From the NCBI RefSeq assembly GCF_036971445.1, contig NC_091478.1:63240001-63304000 (forward strand): a stretch of 64,000 bases of DNA, read 5' to 3'. The first letter of the stretch is position 1, and the number at the start of each line of letters is the position of its first letter. The translations under genes were made by a program, and so were the position numbers. A model generated the notes under the pieces. The model was not told where the DNA came from. It did no database searches and worked only from the letters and a program-made list of their open reading frames with translations. This stretch comes from Narcine bancroftii. Lineage: Eukaryota. This document shows, one piece after another, positions 49,807 to 61,877 of the stretch.

Positions 49807-50947
49807 CTTTCTTTTATTGATTTTAATAGAGAAAAAAACTTTATACATGATTTCTAACTGATGACATAATACAATGCAACTCATAGTAAATACACAACAT
49901 ATATCACTTGTAAAACAGAATATAAACCCTAATTAACAGGCAACATATCTTGCTCAAAACCTCGGATTCTGATGTTAAACGGAATATAATAAGAGAGAAT
50001 TAAGAATCCCATACATGTACTATAAACCTTCATCCTATTCTATGAGGGGATCATTATTAATTGTCTCCTCTTGCCCGGTTTTCTCTAGAAATAGAAAAAA
50101 AGAAAAACCCCTACTAATCTCCCACTAAATGGGTATAATCGAATCGTGACTCTCGGACACCGACAGGGAACCCTCAGGGCATTCACGCAACTAAATCTTA
50201 AAGTTGTGATAATAATCCGTGAATGGGTTGTCGAATTCAACCTTGACATCTTTTGTGCTGTATCTCATTTTGTCCAGCCGTAAGTAAGTCAATAACATGC
50301 AACCATTGCATATGAGTCAGTGTAGAATTATCTTTCCATTTCATCAGAATTGCTCGTCTGGCTATCAACGAGGTAAAGGGTAGGATAGGTTTACGACATA
50401 GGTTGAGAACATGGGCACAATTTAGGAAATGTTTTGGATATTATGTTTTTCTCTTGCCAGCTCTATTATACATAATGATCACTTTCAACCTTCCATGTGT
50501 GACACAGGTTTTAAGGAGTGGAACAAATTAGATATAAAAAGTTTCAAGGATCTTTTATTCAAGATAATGTTGCTTCTTTCAAACAATTGACAGAAATTTT
50601 TAAACTTCCTAATAAACACCTTTTTAGATACTTACAAATAGGATTTCTTTTTCAGTCCAAACTTCCTGATTTGCTTAGAATTTCCAAAATAAATGTTCTT
50701 GGTTTACTTTTTGATTTGAAGTTTACCAATAATTTGATGGACCTAAAAATAGCCTCAGTGACTAGGATCAAGAATGAATAGGAATGGGATTTGAATATAT
50801 CCCTTCCAGATGAGTACGAGGGCACCACTCTTCATTTGATTAATGAATCTTCATTTTGTGCACGTCATTCTCTGTAACCATTTAAGGAGCTTCAAGGAAT
50901 ACACATTTCTAAACTTAAATTAGCTCATTTTTATTCTGACATTGATC
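49807..50947. mobile_element. L1/Tx1-like remnants: 3' end on - (49807-50410) abutting an ORF2 piece on + (50410-50947)
   Basis: T-rich tail, LIARRAILMKWKD on -, and FKLPNKHLFRYLQI on +. Confidence 0.6.
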
Positions 50948-51311
50948 CAGTGGTTCTCAACCTTTTATTCCCACTAACATACGACTTTAAGTATTCCCTA
51001 TGCCATTGGTGCTCTGTGATTAGAAAGGCATTGCTTAATATGGTATGTGGGTGGGAAAGGAAAGTTGAGAATCACTGCTCTAGACCCAATTGTTACTGAA
51101 ATATTTTGATTGAGAAAAATTGTCATTGGCCCATTTCCTTTGAAGTTATGAAACCGTGGACAATAAGGTACAATTAAGACAGTGGTTTCCAAACTTTTTC
51201 TTTCCACCCACATGCCTCCTTAAGCAATTCCTTACTAATCACAGAGCACCGATGGCATAGGGAATACTTAAAGTGATATGTGAATAGAAATAAAAAGGTT
51301 GAGAACCACTG
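50948..51311. mobile_element. hAT/Charlie-type MITE, palindromic (two hairpin modules in inverted orientation)
   Basis: TIR CAGTGGTTCTCAACCTTTT ... AAAAGGTTGAGAACCACTG. Internal TIR-like ends at about 51077 and 51180. Confidence 0.8.
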
Positions 51312-53557
51312 TTTCTTGCAGATATCCTTGTGGACAATTGTTCTACACAACTGCAACACTAGCGTGTACTAAACAAATCTGTGAAACGCTTCTACCAGAA
51401 GACTCATATTTCAAGTGTTCTGCAGATTCCAGCATCTGAACTCTACAATGTTTAAAAAAAACTTTATGGTTCCAATCAGCTCAGCATTTCTCACTTGATT
51501 TCCAATTGTTTCATTTAACGGTTCAGAAATGCAATTCCACCCTTTCGCCTCTGGCATGAAACTGAAACGGGAGTTGGAACAAAACGGTGTCAGTGAATCC
51601 TGAAACTATGCAGCATTAGGTGCTTTCAAACTGCCTTGTAAAATGGGGTTAACCGGGAAATTTGCCTGGTTAGCGCCTCACTCACAAGGCAACTTGAAAG
51701 GGTTGGACCCGGTCAGCGGAGGTCGTCAGGGAACCCAGTTAAACTTACACAGAAAACGTCGACCAGCAGCTTGAACAGCAAAATGGCCGACCTAGTTACA
51801 CGCTGGCATCACGGGGGTGGGGGGGGGGGGAGCAGGCCAAGATCAGTGGGACAGGGGAGCAGGAAAGAGAGGAGCAGGGTTGGCTGCCACGGGGGAGAGA
51901 GAAGAGAGGGATCGGCCGCCGCAGGGGCAGAAGGGTCGGCTGCCGTGGGTTGGGGGGGGGGGGGGAGGGTGGGAGCGCGATTGATGGTGGGAGCTGGTGG
52001 TGGGTTGGGGAGACTAGTTTGGTGATGCGTCATTGTGGGGATGGGATCCCCCTTAAATCACCGGGTTGGCGATTTACTGGGTCCTTCCCCCTCATCTTAA
52101 AAGGTGCTGGAGGCACCTTTGCCCCACTAATCGCACCTGAGTCCTAGGAGGGCTACCCAGATGCTGCAACTTAAAAGCACCTGTTGAAACTGCAGCATCG
52201 AGCAGGTGCTGATGAGCTATTACCATGAGGTGGAACAGTGGACCAATATCTTCCAATCTACTGCTGAAGCAGCGCCATCAACTTGGGTTTTTTAAGATTT
52301 CTACTATTTGCAGCATAGAATTAATTTGACATTTTCCCTCATTGTCAAGTGGATCCCTGCTGTCCCTGTTCCTGAACAACCAGCGACTAATGCGGTGGTC
52401 TTTCACACGCACTTCGGATACCGGAGCCAAAAGGCTTTGCTGCATCCACTCTACTGAGTCATTTCTTTGGATAACATCAGTAGATGCATTCACACAAATC
52501 TAACTCTAAATCTCAGCCTCACTCCTCCTCCAATTACTTCCCCCTTCCACAGTTTCTTGCACATGGGGGACAATTTAAATAAGTAAATTACCCGATCAAC
52601 ACGTACATTTTCGGATGTGCGAGAAACCCAGAGGAATCATCTCTGGAGATGTTTGTGTCCCTCGTGGCCCTGACGCGCAAATGTAGGCACAGGAGACGGA
52701 AATAAAGATTAGTAAAGATGATTTTGTAAAGAGAAATATCAGAAAGACTGTGAAAAACTATAGCAGAATTTATCAAGAAAAAAATTGTGATTTGATACTA
52801 ACTGTTATAATTATAATGATAAAATATTTTTAAAAAAAAGAAGACGGCGATGGGGAGTGAAAGAAAAGCAGATAAAAGATTAATCAGCCAGATTTAGGTG
52901 AAATATTTCCACAGGGGTTGGCATTAAAAAAATGATTTAAAAATTAAAGACATTTTAACTAATGTGTCCAATGAAATATTAAGACATGTCGTATCCTTTA
53001 AATAATGCAGAGAGGGGTACAACATAAACCAAGCGACGCCACCGTGAAGCCTGTCATTTTGAAACCAAGTCATTCCCTTCCAAGCTCCTAGACACCCTCC
53101 TCACAATATGTCTTCCAACTGCGCTCTGTATCAGCAATACAATCGGTCCTTTCATCCGAGAAATAAATGCACATTACAATTGATAGAGCGAATGGTGCAT
53201 AATTTGCTCATTTTTATTAATAGAACATCATTTCTGCTACAACGAACCAAAACTATCAATTATTTCAAGTCCACCGTTTGCTGTTGCAGCTCAATAACAT
53301 CAAGGCATTGACAGATCTACACCGGATGTATTATCCAATCTATCCAATGTTTCACGGGTCACGGATTTGAGATTGAACATTCTACATAAAACGTTCCTGT
53401 ACCTGCTATTGGAATAATGCATCAATTTACTCTCATTTCCTCTCTTTCCAACGATATTTTGTTTTGTTCTGAAGCAAAAATTGGCTGCTCTTCGTTAAAG
53501 GTTCTGCTAAGGATAGAGGGGTACCTTGTACATTTGTGCAATATGTACAGTAAAATA

Positions 53558-55458
53558 GCTGGGACGTGGCAGCGAGGTCCTTGGGTCGTAGGTTTTATAT
53601 CGGAGTGGCCTTCTCCTATGCAGGTTTCTTACCCGGGCTGGAGGGGCCTGCCTCCCCTCCTAGGTCGGTCCATACTGCCCGGACCGGGGCCGAGGCCGCC
53701 GCAGCTCACCCTGTGCCTGGACTGGGGCCGCCGCCTCCCACTCTCTGCCCGGATCGGGGACTCCGCCGTCTACCCTTCGCCCGAACCGGGGCCGGGGCCG
53801 CTGCTGCTCTCCCTGTGCCCGGACTGGGGCCGCCGCCTCCCACTCCCTGTCCGGACCGGGGCCTCCGCCTGCCTCTCTCGACCGAGGCCGGGGCCGCCGT
53901 CTCCCCCTTGCTCCTGCCCGGATCGGGGCCACCGCCGTCTACCCTTCGCCCGGACCGGGGCCGGGGCCGCTGCTGCTCTCCCTGTGCCCGGACTGGGGCT
54001 GCTGCCTCCCACTCCCTGTCCGGACCGGGGCCTCCGCCTGCCTCACTCGACCGAGGCCGGGGCCGCCGTCTCCTCCTTGCTCCTGCCCTTATCGGGGCCG
54101 CCGCCGTCTACCCTTCGCCCGGACCGGGGCCGGGGCCGCTGCTGCTCTCCCTGTGCCCGGACTGGGGCCGCCGCCTCCAACTCTCTGCCCGTATCGGGGC
54201 CTCCGCCTGCCTCACTCGACCGAGGCTGGGGCCGCCGTCTCCCCCTTGCTCCTGCCCGTATCGGGGCCGCCGCCTTCTACCCTTCGCCCGGACCGGGGCC
54301 GGGGCCGCTGCTGCTCTCCCTGTGCCTGGACTGGGGCCGCCGCCTCCCACTCCCTGTCCGGACCGGGGCCTCCGCCTGCCTCACTCGACCGAGGCCGGGG
54401 CCGCCGTCTCCCCCTTGCTCCTGCCCTTATCGGGGCCGCCGCCGTAGCCACAGTAGGTAGCCACAGACGATGCCGCTTTAGTTGCCCATTCAGAGCCAGC
54501 TCTTCAGCGCTTGACATCCTGCTTTGCGGAAACTGCCAAAATGTTTGGCCTGGAAGTCAGCCTGAAGAAAACTGAGGTCCTCCATCAGCCAGCTCCCCAC
54601 CATGATTACCAGCCCCCCCACATCTCCATCGGGCACACAAAACTCAAAACGGTCAACCAGTTTACCTATCTCGGCTGCACCATTTCATCAGATGCAAGGA
54701 TTGACAATGAGATAGACAACAGACTCGCCAAGGCAAATAGCGCCTTTGGAAGACTACACAAAAGAGTCTGGAAAAACAACCAACTGAAAAACCTCACAAA
54801 GATAAGCGTATACAGAGCCGTTGTCATACCCACACTCCTGTTTGGCTTCGAATCATGGGTCCTCTACCGGCACCACCTACGGCTCCTAGAACGCTTCCAC
54901 CAGCGTTGTCTCCGCTCCATCCTCAACATCCATTGGAGCGCTTACATCCCTAACGTCGAAGTACTCGAGATGGCAGAGGTCGACAGCATCGAGTCCACGC
55001 TGCTGAAGATCCAGCTGCGCTGGATGGGTCACGTCTCCAGAATGGAGGACCATCGCCTTCCCAAGATCGTGTTATATGGCGAGCTCTCCACTGGCCACCG
55101 TGACAGAGGTGCACCAAAGAAAAGGTACAAGGACTGCCTAAAGAAATCTCTTGGTGCCTGCCACATTGACCACCGCCAGTGGGCTGCTAACGCCTCAAAC
55201 CATGCATCTTGGCGCCTCACAGTTTGGCGGGCAGCAACCTCCTTTGAAGAAGACCGCAGAGCCCACCTCACTGACAAAAGGCAAAGGAGGAAAAACCCAA
55301 CACCCAACCCCAACCAACCAATTTTCCCCTGCAACCGCTGCAATCGTGTCTGCCTGTCCCGCATCGGACTTGTCAGCCACAAACGAGCCTGCAGCTGACG
55401 TGGACTTTTTACCCCCTCCATAAATCTCCGTCCGTGAAGCCAAGCCAAAGAAAAAAAG
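53558..55458 (+). mobile_element. Young RTE insertion: 3' ORF (about 54464-55398) preceded by a GC-rich tandem array and a probable inverted 5'UTR; 11-bp TSD
   Basis: TSD acagtaaaata at 53547-53557 and 55459-55469. Uninterrupted ORF DDAALVAHS...FTYLG...CNRCNRVC..RIGLVSH. Tail gccaagccaaagaaaa. Confidence 0.9.
53673..54445. repeat. GC-rich tandem array, unit about 169 bp made of about 33-bp subunits, about 4.5 copies
   Basis: ccggggccggggccgctgctgctctccctgtgcc recurs at about 53786, 53955, 54125 and 54293. Confidence 0.9.
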
Positions 55459-55569
55459 ACAGTAAAATATCTATTATGAAGTCGAGGTAGAACAGACTTG
55501 TAGGCTGGACAATGTTGAGATGAACGGATTGTTCTTAAAAACTGATGAGGATTGTTCTTAACAACATTG

Positions 55570-56745
55570 ATTGATGTCCCCAGGGCTGGATGTGATGTAC
55601 CCCAGGTTGCTGTGCGAAGGGAGGAGAGAGATAACAGCAGTATTGGCAATGATCTTTAAGTCCTCCTTGGCTACAGGAGAGGTGCCAGAAGATTGGAGAA
55701 TTGGAAATGTGGGTCCCTTGTTAAAAAAGGGTAATAGGGAGAATCCTGGGAATATAGACCAGTGAGCCTTACATCAGGTGTGTGCAATCTATTGGAGAGG
55801 ATTCTTAAGGATAGGATTTATGAACATTTGGAGAAGTACAGTCTGCACTAGAATAGTCAGGATGGCTTTGTGAAGGGAAGGCGATTCCCAACGAGTCTAA
55901 ATGAGTCTTTTGAGAAGATAACATAAGTAATTGATGAAGGTAGGCATCTGACAAGGTGCCCTATGAGAGACTCATTCAGAAAGTCATGAGGCATGGGATC
56001 AATGGAACTCTGGGTGTCTGAATTTAAAATTGGCTTGCATGTAGAAAGCAGGGAGCAGTAGTGGGTGGAATGTATTCTACCTGGAGGTCAGTGACTAGTG
56101 GTGTTTCACAGAGATCTGTTCTGGGACCTCTGATCTTTGTAAATTTTATAAGTGATCTACCTGAAGAAGTGGAAGGATGAGTCAGTAAGTTTGCAGATGA
56201 TACGTAGGTTGGAGGGGTTTTGAAGAGTGCTGAAGGTTGTCAGAGGTTACAAAAGGATATAAACAGGATGCAGAATTAGACAGAAATGTGACAGATGGAG
56301 TTCCAGTTGGATAAGTGTGACGTGATGCATTTTGGAAGGTCAAAGCAGAAGAGTAAAAGATTAATGGTTGGTACTTAACAGTGTGGATGAACAGAGAGAC
56401 CTTGGTCAAAGTCATTACATCTCTCCAGGTTATTATGCAAGCTGATAGCATAGTTAATAAGGCTGATGGGATGCTGGGCTTCATTAATAATAGAATTGAA
56501 TTCAAGAGTAGAGAAGTCTTCTTGCAACTCTACAAATCTCTGGTAAGATCACACTAAGAGTATTGTATTCAGTTCTGGTGACATCATTATACGAAGGATG
56601 TGGAAGTAATGAAGATGGTGCAGAGGTGAAATACCAGGATGTTACCTGGATTGGATAATAAGACTTATGAGGCAAGGTTAGCCGAGCTAGGATTTTTCTC
56701 TTAGGGATGAATAAGGATGACAGGAGACATAATAGAGGTCTACAA
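55570..56745 (+). mobile_element. Degenerate CR1 RT
   Basis: TGEVPEDWRIGNV.PL.KKG and SKFADD. A short - strand L1 piece follows at about 56746-56930. Confidence 0.88.
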
Positions 56746-57776
56746 GTCAACGTTTTCATGGAGATTCCAGCCACTTTACCATTCCTTAAGAACTTTCTGA
56801 CACGTCCGTTGAGCATTTCATAGAAACACTGGGGCAGCAGAATGGGCAGGGACCGAAATCGATAATGTAGTCTTGGCATCGCCTTCATTTTAATGCAATT
56901 AACTCTGCCCACCAAAGTTATGGGCAGGGTTCAACATATTACAGTGTTAAGCGCAAGTTAGTAAATCTCCATTCATAAAAATAAAGCGAATTTGTCAGTT
57001 CCACAAGCTTGACACCAATGTGCAGTCAAAAATATTTAACCTTTAACTGTTCTGGTACAGTTCCCAAGCAGATGGCTTAGAAATATAAATTTCATTTTTT
57101 AATCAGATAGGGCAGGGAACCCAATTAGCACGCTCCTTCCTGGTGCCACAAGCTGCCTTCTGAAAAACACAAATACCAATTCGAATCCCCAGTGAGCAGA
57201 GCAAGACCAGCATTTAGATTATTGACAAACATGAAGGAAGCCTTGCATCAGAGAATATGTCTATCAGTCTGCAGGATCCATTAAAGAGTCTGTGTCTATC
57301 AGTATGCAGGATCCGCTGATCACAACCTATGTACAGCAGTCTGGAGCTGATGAAGATTGAAGATTGAAGGCTTACTGGCAATTTCAGCCTAGATACATAT
57401 CCCATGCTGGACAGGTCATCTATCAGGCTTAGTTAACTGAAAAATGATGTTAATATTCTAAATACTTAATATCGTAAATGCCAGATTTCAGATTTTATTG
57501 TCCGAGTATGTGATGTATGACATCACATCCTGAGATTCCTTTTTCTAGATGGTATTGCAGAATTACACTAATAGATAGTACAAAAATTAAACTGTACACA
57601 GCACAAGCATGTAAACATATAAAATAAATGTCAACAGATAACAAATGTAAACAAACTGACTGAAATACTGAGAGAACAAATAAATAAAGTGCACAAGTAA
57701 GAGTCCCTTAATAAGTCCCTGATTGAGTTTGTTGTTGAGGAGTCTGATGGTGCCATTGTGGCACCTACACCTCTCC

Positions 57777-59470
57777 ATTTTTTAAAGTTTTTATTTAATA
57801 AGTCACAATATAACCAATCTCTAAATATTTATAAAAACTTTGAATGTATATATACATAGTGACTTTCTCCATTTTATCCCCACCCCCTCCCTTCCACTCC
57901 ACCCCCATAACTAGAGAGTGAAGAAAAAACAGAACCAAAAGAGGATAGAATTTTTTTTAAAAAACAAGAAAAGTGAGTGGGTCTCCCCCAGAGAATTTAT
58001 GGCATATTTTCTAAACATTTAAACAAAGTTCTCATATAAACAAACTATTGATCACTTGGCTAACCTCCAAACATATTTACATATATATTGTCTTTAACAG
58101 TCTCTTAGTTCTGTCTATCACTCTCTTCCTTGTTGAATATTTGTAAGTTGTTCAACAAAGTCTCAAGCTTTTCTTGGGTTATCAAACAGTCTCTTTTGTC
58201 CACCCAGGATAAATATTTTTAAAACACTGCTGGGTGTCACAACACAAAATTATTACCTTTTCTCCATCATGTATCTTTTATTGGGTTAAATTCCTTGCAT
58301 TTCTTTAAAAGTTCAAAACTTATATTCGGGTAGAAAAATATCTTATTCCCATTATGTTCCAATGGACCATTAATTTCTTTTGTTCTTCTGACCGCCAGCC
58401 CTAATATTTTTCCCCTTGTCGGATACCTTAATAACTTGACCAGGATGGAACATGGTCTTGCTACACCTGCAGCTTCGGTGCCAAATCTCTGTGAGCTCTT
58501 TCAATTTCTATTTCTTCCTGAAGTTCTTCTATTTCCAAAACTTGTGCAGTCCATTGTTTTAGAAATCCTCTTATGTCTGTACCTTCCACACCTTCTTTCA
58601 GGCCCACTATTTTAATATTATTACACCTATTAAAATTTTCAAGAATTTCTATTTTTTGGGCCAATAAATCTTATGTCTTCTTCACCTCTTTTCTCCTGCT
58701 TTTTTCTTTTATGACAGTCATGTCCATTTCCACACCTTTCACTCTCTCTTCTACTTCTTCACATTGCTTTTTCATATCCCTTATTACCTTTTCCATACGT
58801 TGAATTTTTATAACTGCTTTTTGCACATTCTCTATTAACTCTGATTTCCGACATTAATGTTTCCATCATAGCTCCCATCTGATTATCAAAGTACTTTATA
58901 TCTACTGTTTGTTTTTGGATTTTACCTGTAATTTTATTCTGTATCTTCCTTGTCACTTCCACGTCTTCTAACTCTTGCTCCGTATCCTCACTTGATGTAG
59001 AGTCCATTTCCAAGGTTGTTTCTACTGCTTTACGTCATTGGGCTTGCAGGAGCTTGGTGCTGGTGACTGTTCTCTTCAGTGTCCTGACTGGAATGTGTTC
59101 TAAACATGTGTGAGGTGTCATGCATGTGCATTAGCGTTCCCCTTTCTTTTTCAGTCAGCTATCATTGGAACCCGCCCTGTGATCTCTCACCCTGATGTTG
59201 CTCACCTGTCAGCTTTGCAGTGCAGCTTATGTTACCCAGGAGAGCTCCTGGTTCTGCTGTTCAGGTAAGGCTTTCTTTTTTATTTTCTGGCAATTTCTTT
59301 GGTTCTTCTTTGCAACTCCTTCTTCAGAGCCATTTTCTTTCTTTTCTTTCAATGTTTATGTCCTGTTTCCTGTACTTTGTTTGTTACAACTTTGGTTTTT
59401 TCCACTTTTTAATTTTTTCTCTGTGGAGCGCTGGTTTCACCTGACCAGTCGCTACTCCATCACGTGACCA
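57777..59470 (-). mobile_element. ORF2-less L1 derivative (5'UTR + ORF1 + 3' end) inserted in a Rex-Babar-like LINE (57480-57775, 59474-59800)
   Basis: ORF1 homologous to 17.1-18.4 kb. 3' tail homologous to 10714-10790. TSD cacctac/tacctct at 57762-57774 and 59474-59486. Confidence 0.8.
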
Positions 59471-59796
59471 CCCCACCTATACCTCTTTCCTGATGGGACT
59501 AGTGAGAGCAGAGTTTGTGATGGGTGGTGAGGGTCTTTGATGATTACTGCTGCTCTCTGATGACAGCATTCCCTGTAGATGTACTCAATAGTGGGGAGGA
59601 TTTTGTCTGTAATGTCCTGGGCTGTATCCACTATTGGATGGCTTTATTTTCAAGGTTGTTGGTGTTCCCATACCAGACTGTGAAGCAGAAGGTCAGCACA
59701 CTTTCCACCACTCCTCTGTGGAAACATTCCAGGGTTTATGGTCTCAAACCAAACCTTTGTAATATCTGAGGAAATAGAGGTTCTGATATGTTTTCT

Positions 59797-61877
59797 TCTT
59801 TCTTTTTTTTATAATTTTTTTTATTTTTCACACCATAAATCACATTAACCATGGTACACACTTTTTCCTTTTCACACATAAACAGTGCCATTTACTTCCC
59901 CCCCCCTCCCTCCTCCCATCCCACCCTCCCTACCTCCCCCCTCCCGTCCAGTTAAGGTATACAATCTAGGATACATTAAACCAGTCAGACAATGTTGTCA
60001 TTCAATAAAAATACACCAGAAATTCTACTGAGTCCATTCTTTTCATTTCCTTTTCCTTCCGTTAACTTAGGTAATGATTGCCCCCGGTAGGTTTTCACTA
60101 TTGTATTTAATGTAAGGCTCCCATATTTGTTTGAATATTTCAATATTATTTCTTAAACTATATGTTATTTTTTCTAATGGAATACATTTATTCATTTCTA
60201 TATACCATTGTTGTATTTTCAAATTATCTTCCAATTTCCAGGTTGACATAATACATTTTTTTGCTACGGCTAGAGCTATCTTAACAAATCTTTTTTGTGC
60301 ATCCTCCAAATCAATTCCAAATTGTTTATTTTTTATGATACTTAGGAGGAAGATCTCTGGATTCTTTGGTATATTGTTTTCTGTTATTTTATTTAATATC
60401 TGATTTAGATCTTCCCAAAATTATTTTACTTTCTCACATGTCCAGATTGCATGAATTGTTGTTCCCACTTCTTTTTTACATCGAAAACATCTATCAGATA
60501 CTGTTGGGTCCCATTTATTTAACTTTTGAGGTGTAATGTATAGCCTGTGTATCCAGTTATATTGTATCATACGTAACCTCGTATTCATTGAATTTCTCAT
60601 CATTCCGGAGCATAACTTCTCCCATGTTTCCTTCTTTATCTTTATATTTAAATCTTGTTCCCATTTTTGTTTAGTTTTACCATTTGTTTCCTCAATCTCC
60701 TTTTCTTGCAGTTTAATATACATATTTGTTATAAATCTTTTGATTAACATTGTATCTGTAATCACATATTCAAGGTTACTTCCCTCTGGCAAACTCAAAC
60801 TGCTTCCTAATTTATCCTTCAAGTAGGATCTCAATTGGTAATATGCCAGTGCTGTATCTCGAGTTATATTATACTTATTTTTCATTTGTTCAAAGGATAA
60901 GAATCTATTTCCTGAAAAACAATTTTCTATTCTTTTAATCCCTTTTTTTTCCCCATTCTCTAAAGGAAAGGTTATCTATTGTAAAAAGGAGTAACTTGTT
61001 TTGTGTCAATATTAGTTTTGGTAATTGATAATTTGTTTTATTTCTTTCTACATGAATCTTCTTCCAAATATTGAGGAGATGATGTAATACTGGAGAACTT
61101 TTATGTTGTACCAATTTTTCATCCCATTTATATAATATGTGTTCAGGTATCTTTTCCCCTATTTTATCTAATTCTAATCTCGTCCAATCTGGCTTTTCCC
61201 TTGTTTGGTAAAAATCTGATAGGTATCTTAATTGTGCGGCTCTATAATAATTTTTAAAGTTTGGCAGTTGTAAGCCTCCTTGTTTATACCATTCTGTTAA
61301 TTTATCTAGTGCTATCCTCGGTTTCCCCCCCTCCATAAAAATTTCCTTATTATTTTCTTTAACTCCTTGAAGAATTTCTCTGTCAGTTGTATTGGCAATG
61401 CCTGAAATAAGTTTAATATCCTTGGAAAAATGTTCATTTTAATACACTTTATCCTTCCTATTAGTGTTAGTGGTAAATCTTTCCAATGCTCTAAATCGTC
61501 CTGCAAGTTTTTCATTAGTGGATAATAATTGAGTTTATATAGTTGGCCGAGATTTTTGTTTATTTGTACACCTAGGTATCTTATTGCTTGCATTTGCCAT
61601 CTAAATGGTGATTCCTTCTTAAATTTTGAGAAATCCGCATTATTCATAGGCATTGCTTCACTTTTATTTACGTTTATCTTGTAACCCGACTCTTCTCCAT
61701 ATTCCTTCAATTTCTTATATAATTCTTTTATTGATAGTTCTGCTTCTTTTAAGTACACTATAACATCATCCGCAAATAAACTGATTTTATATTCCTTGTC
61801 TTTTATTTTTATTCCTTTTATATTATTATCTGTTCTTATCAATTCTGCTAGTGGTTCTATAGCTAACGCAAACAATA
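59797..61877 (-). mobile_element. L1 3' half (RT C-terminal part to polyA)
   Basis: LFALAIEPLA, SLFADD and the CCHC region. Same family as the 37.8-42.6 kb L1 but a distinct copy. Confidence 0.92.

Noticed and set aside
53673-54445. CRISPR-like array
   Set aside because: Contiguous tandem units with no unique spacers, eukaryotic context and no cas genes.
53417-54575. Long Pro/Gly/Arg-rich ORFs (347, 293 and 140 aa)
   Set aside because: Stop-free by-products of the GC-rich tandem array, open in several frames on both strands.
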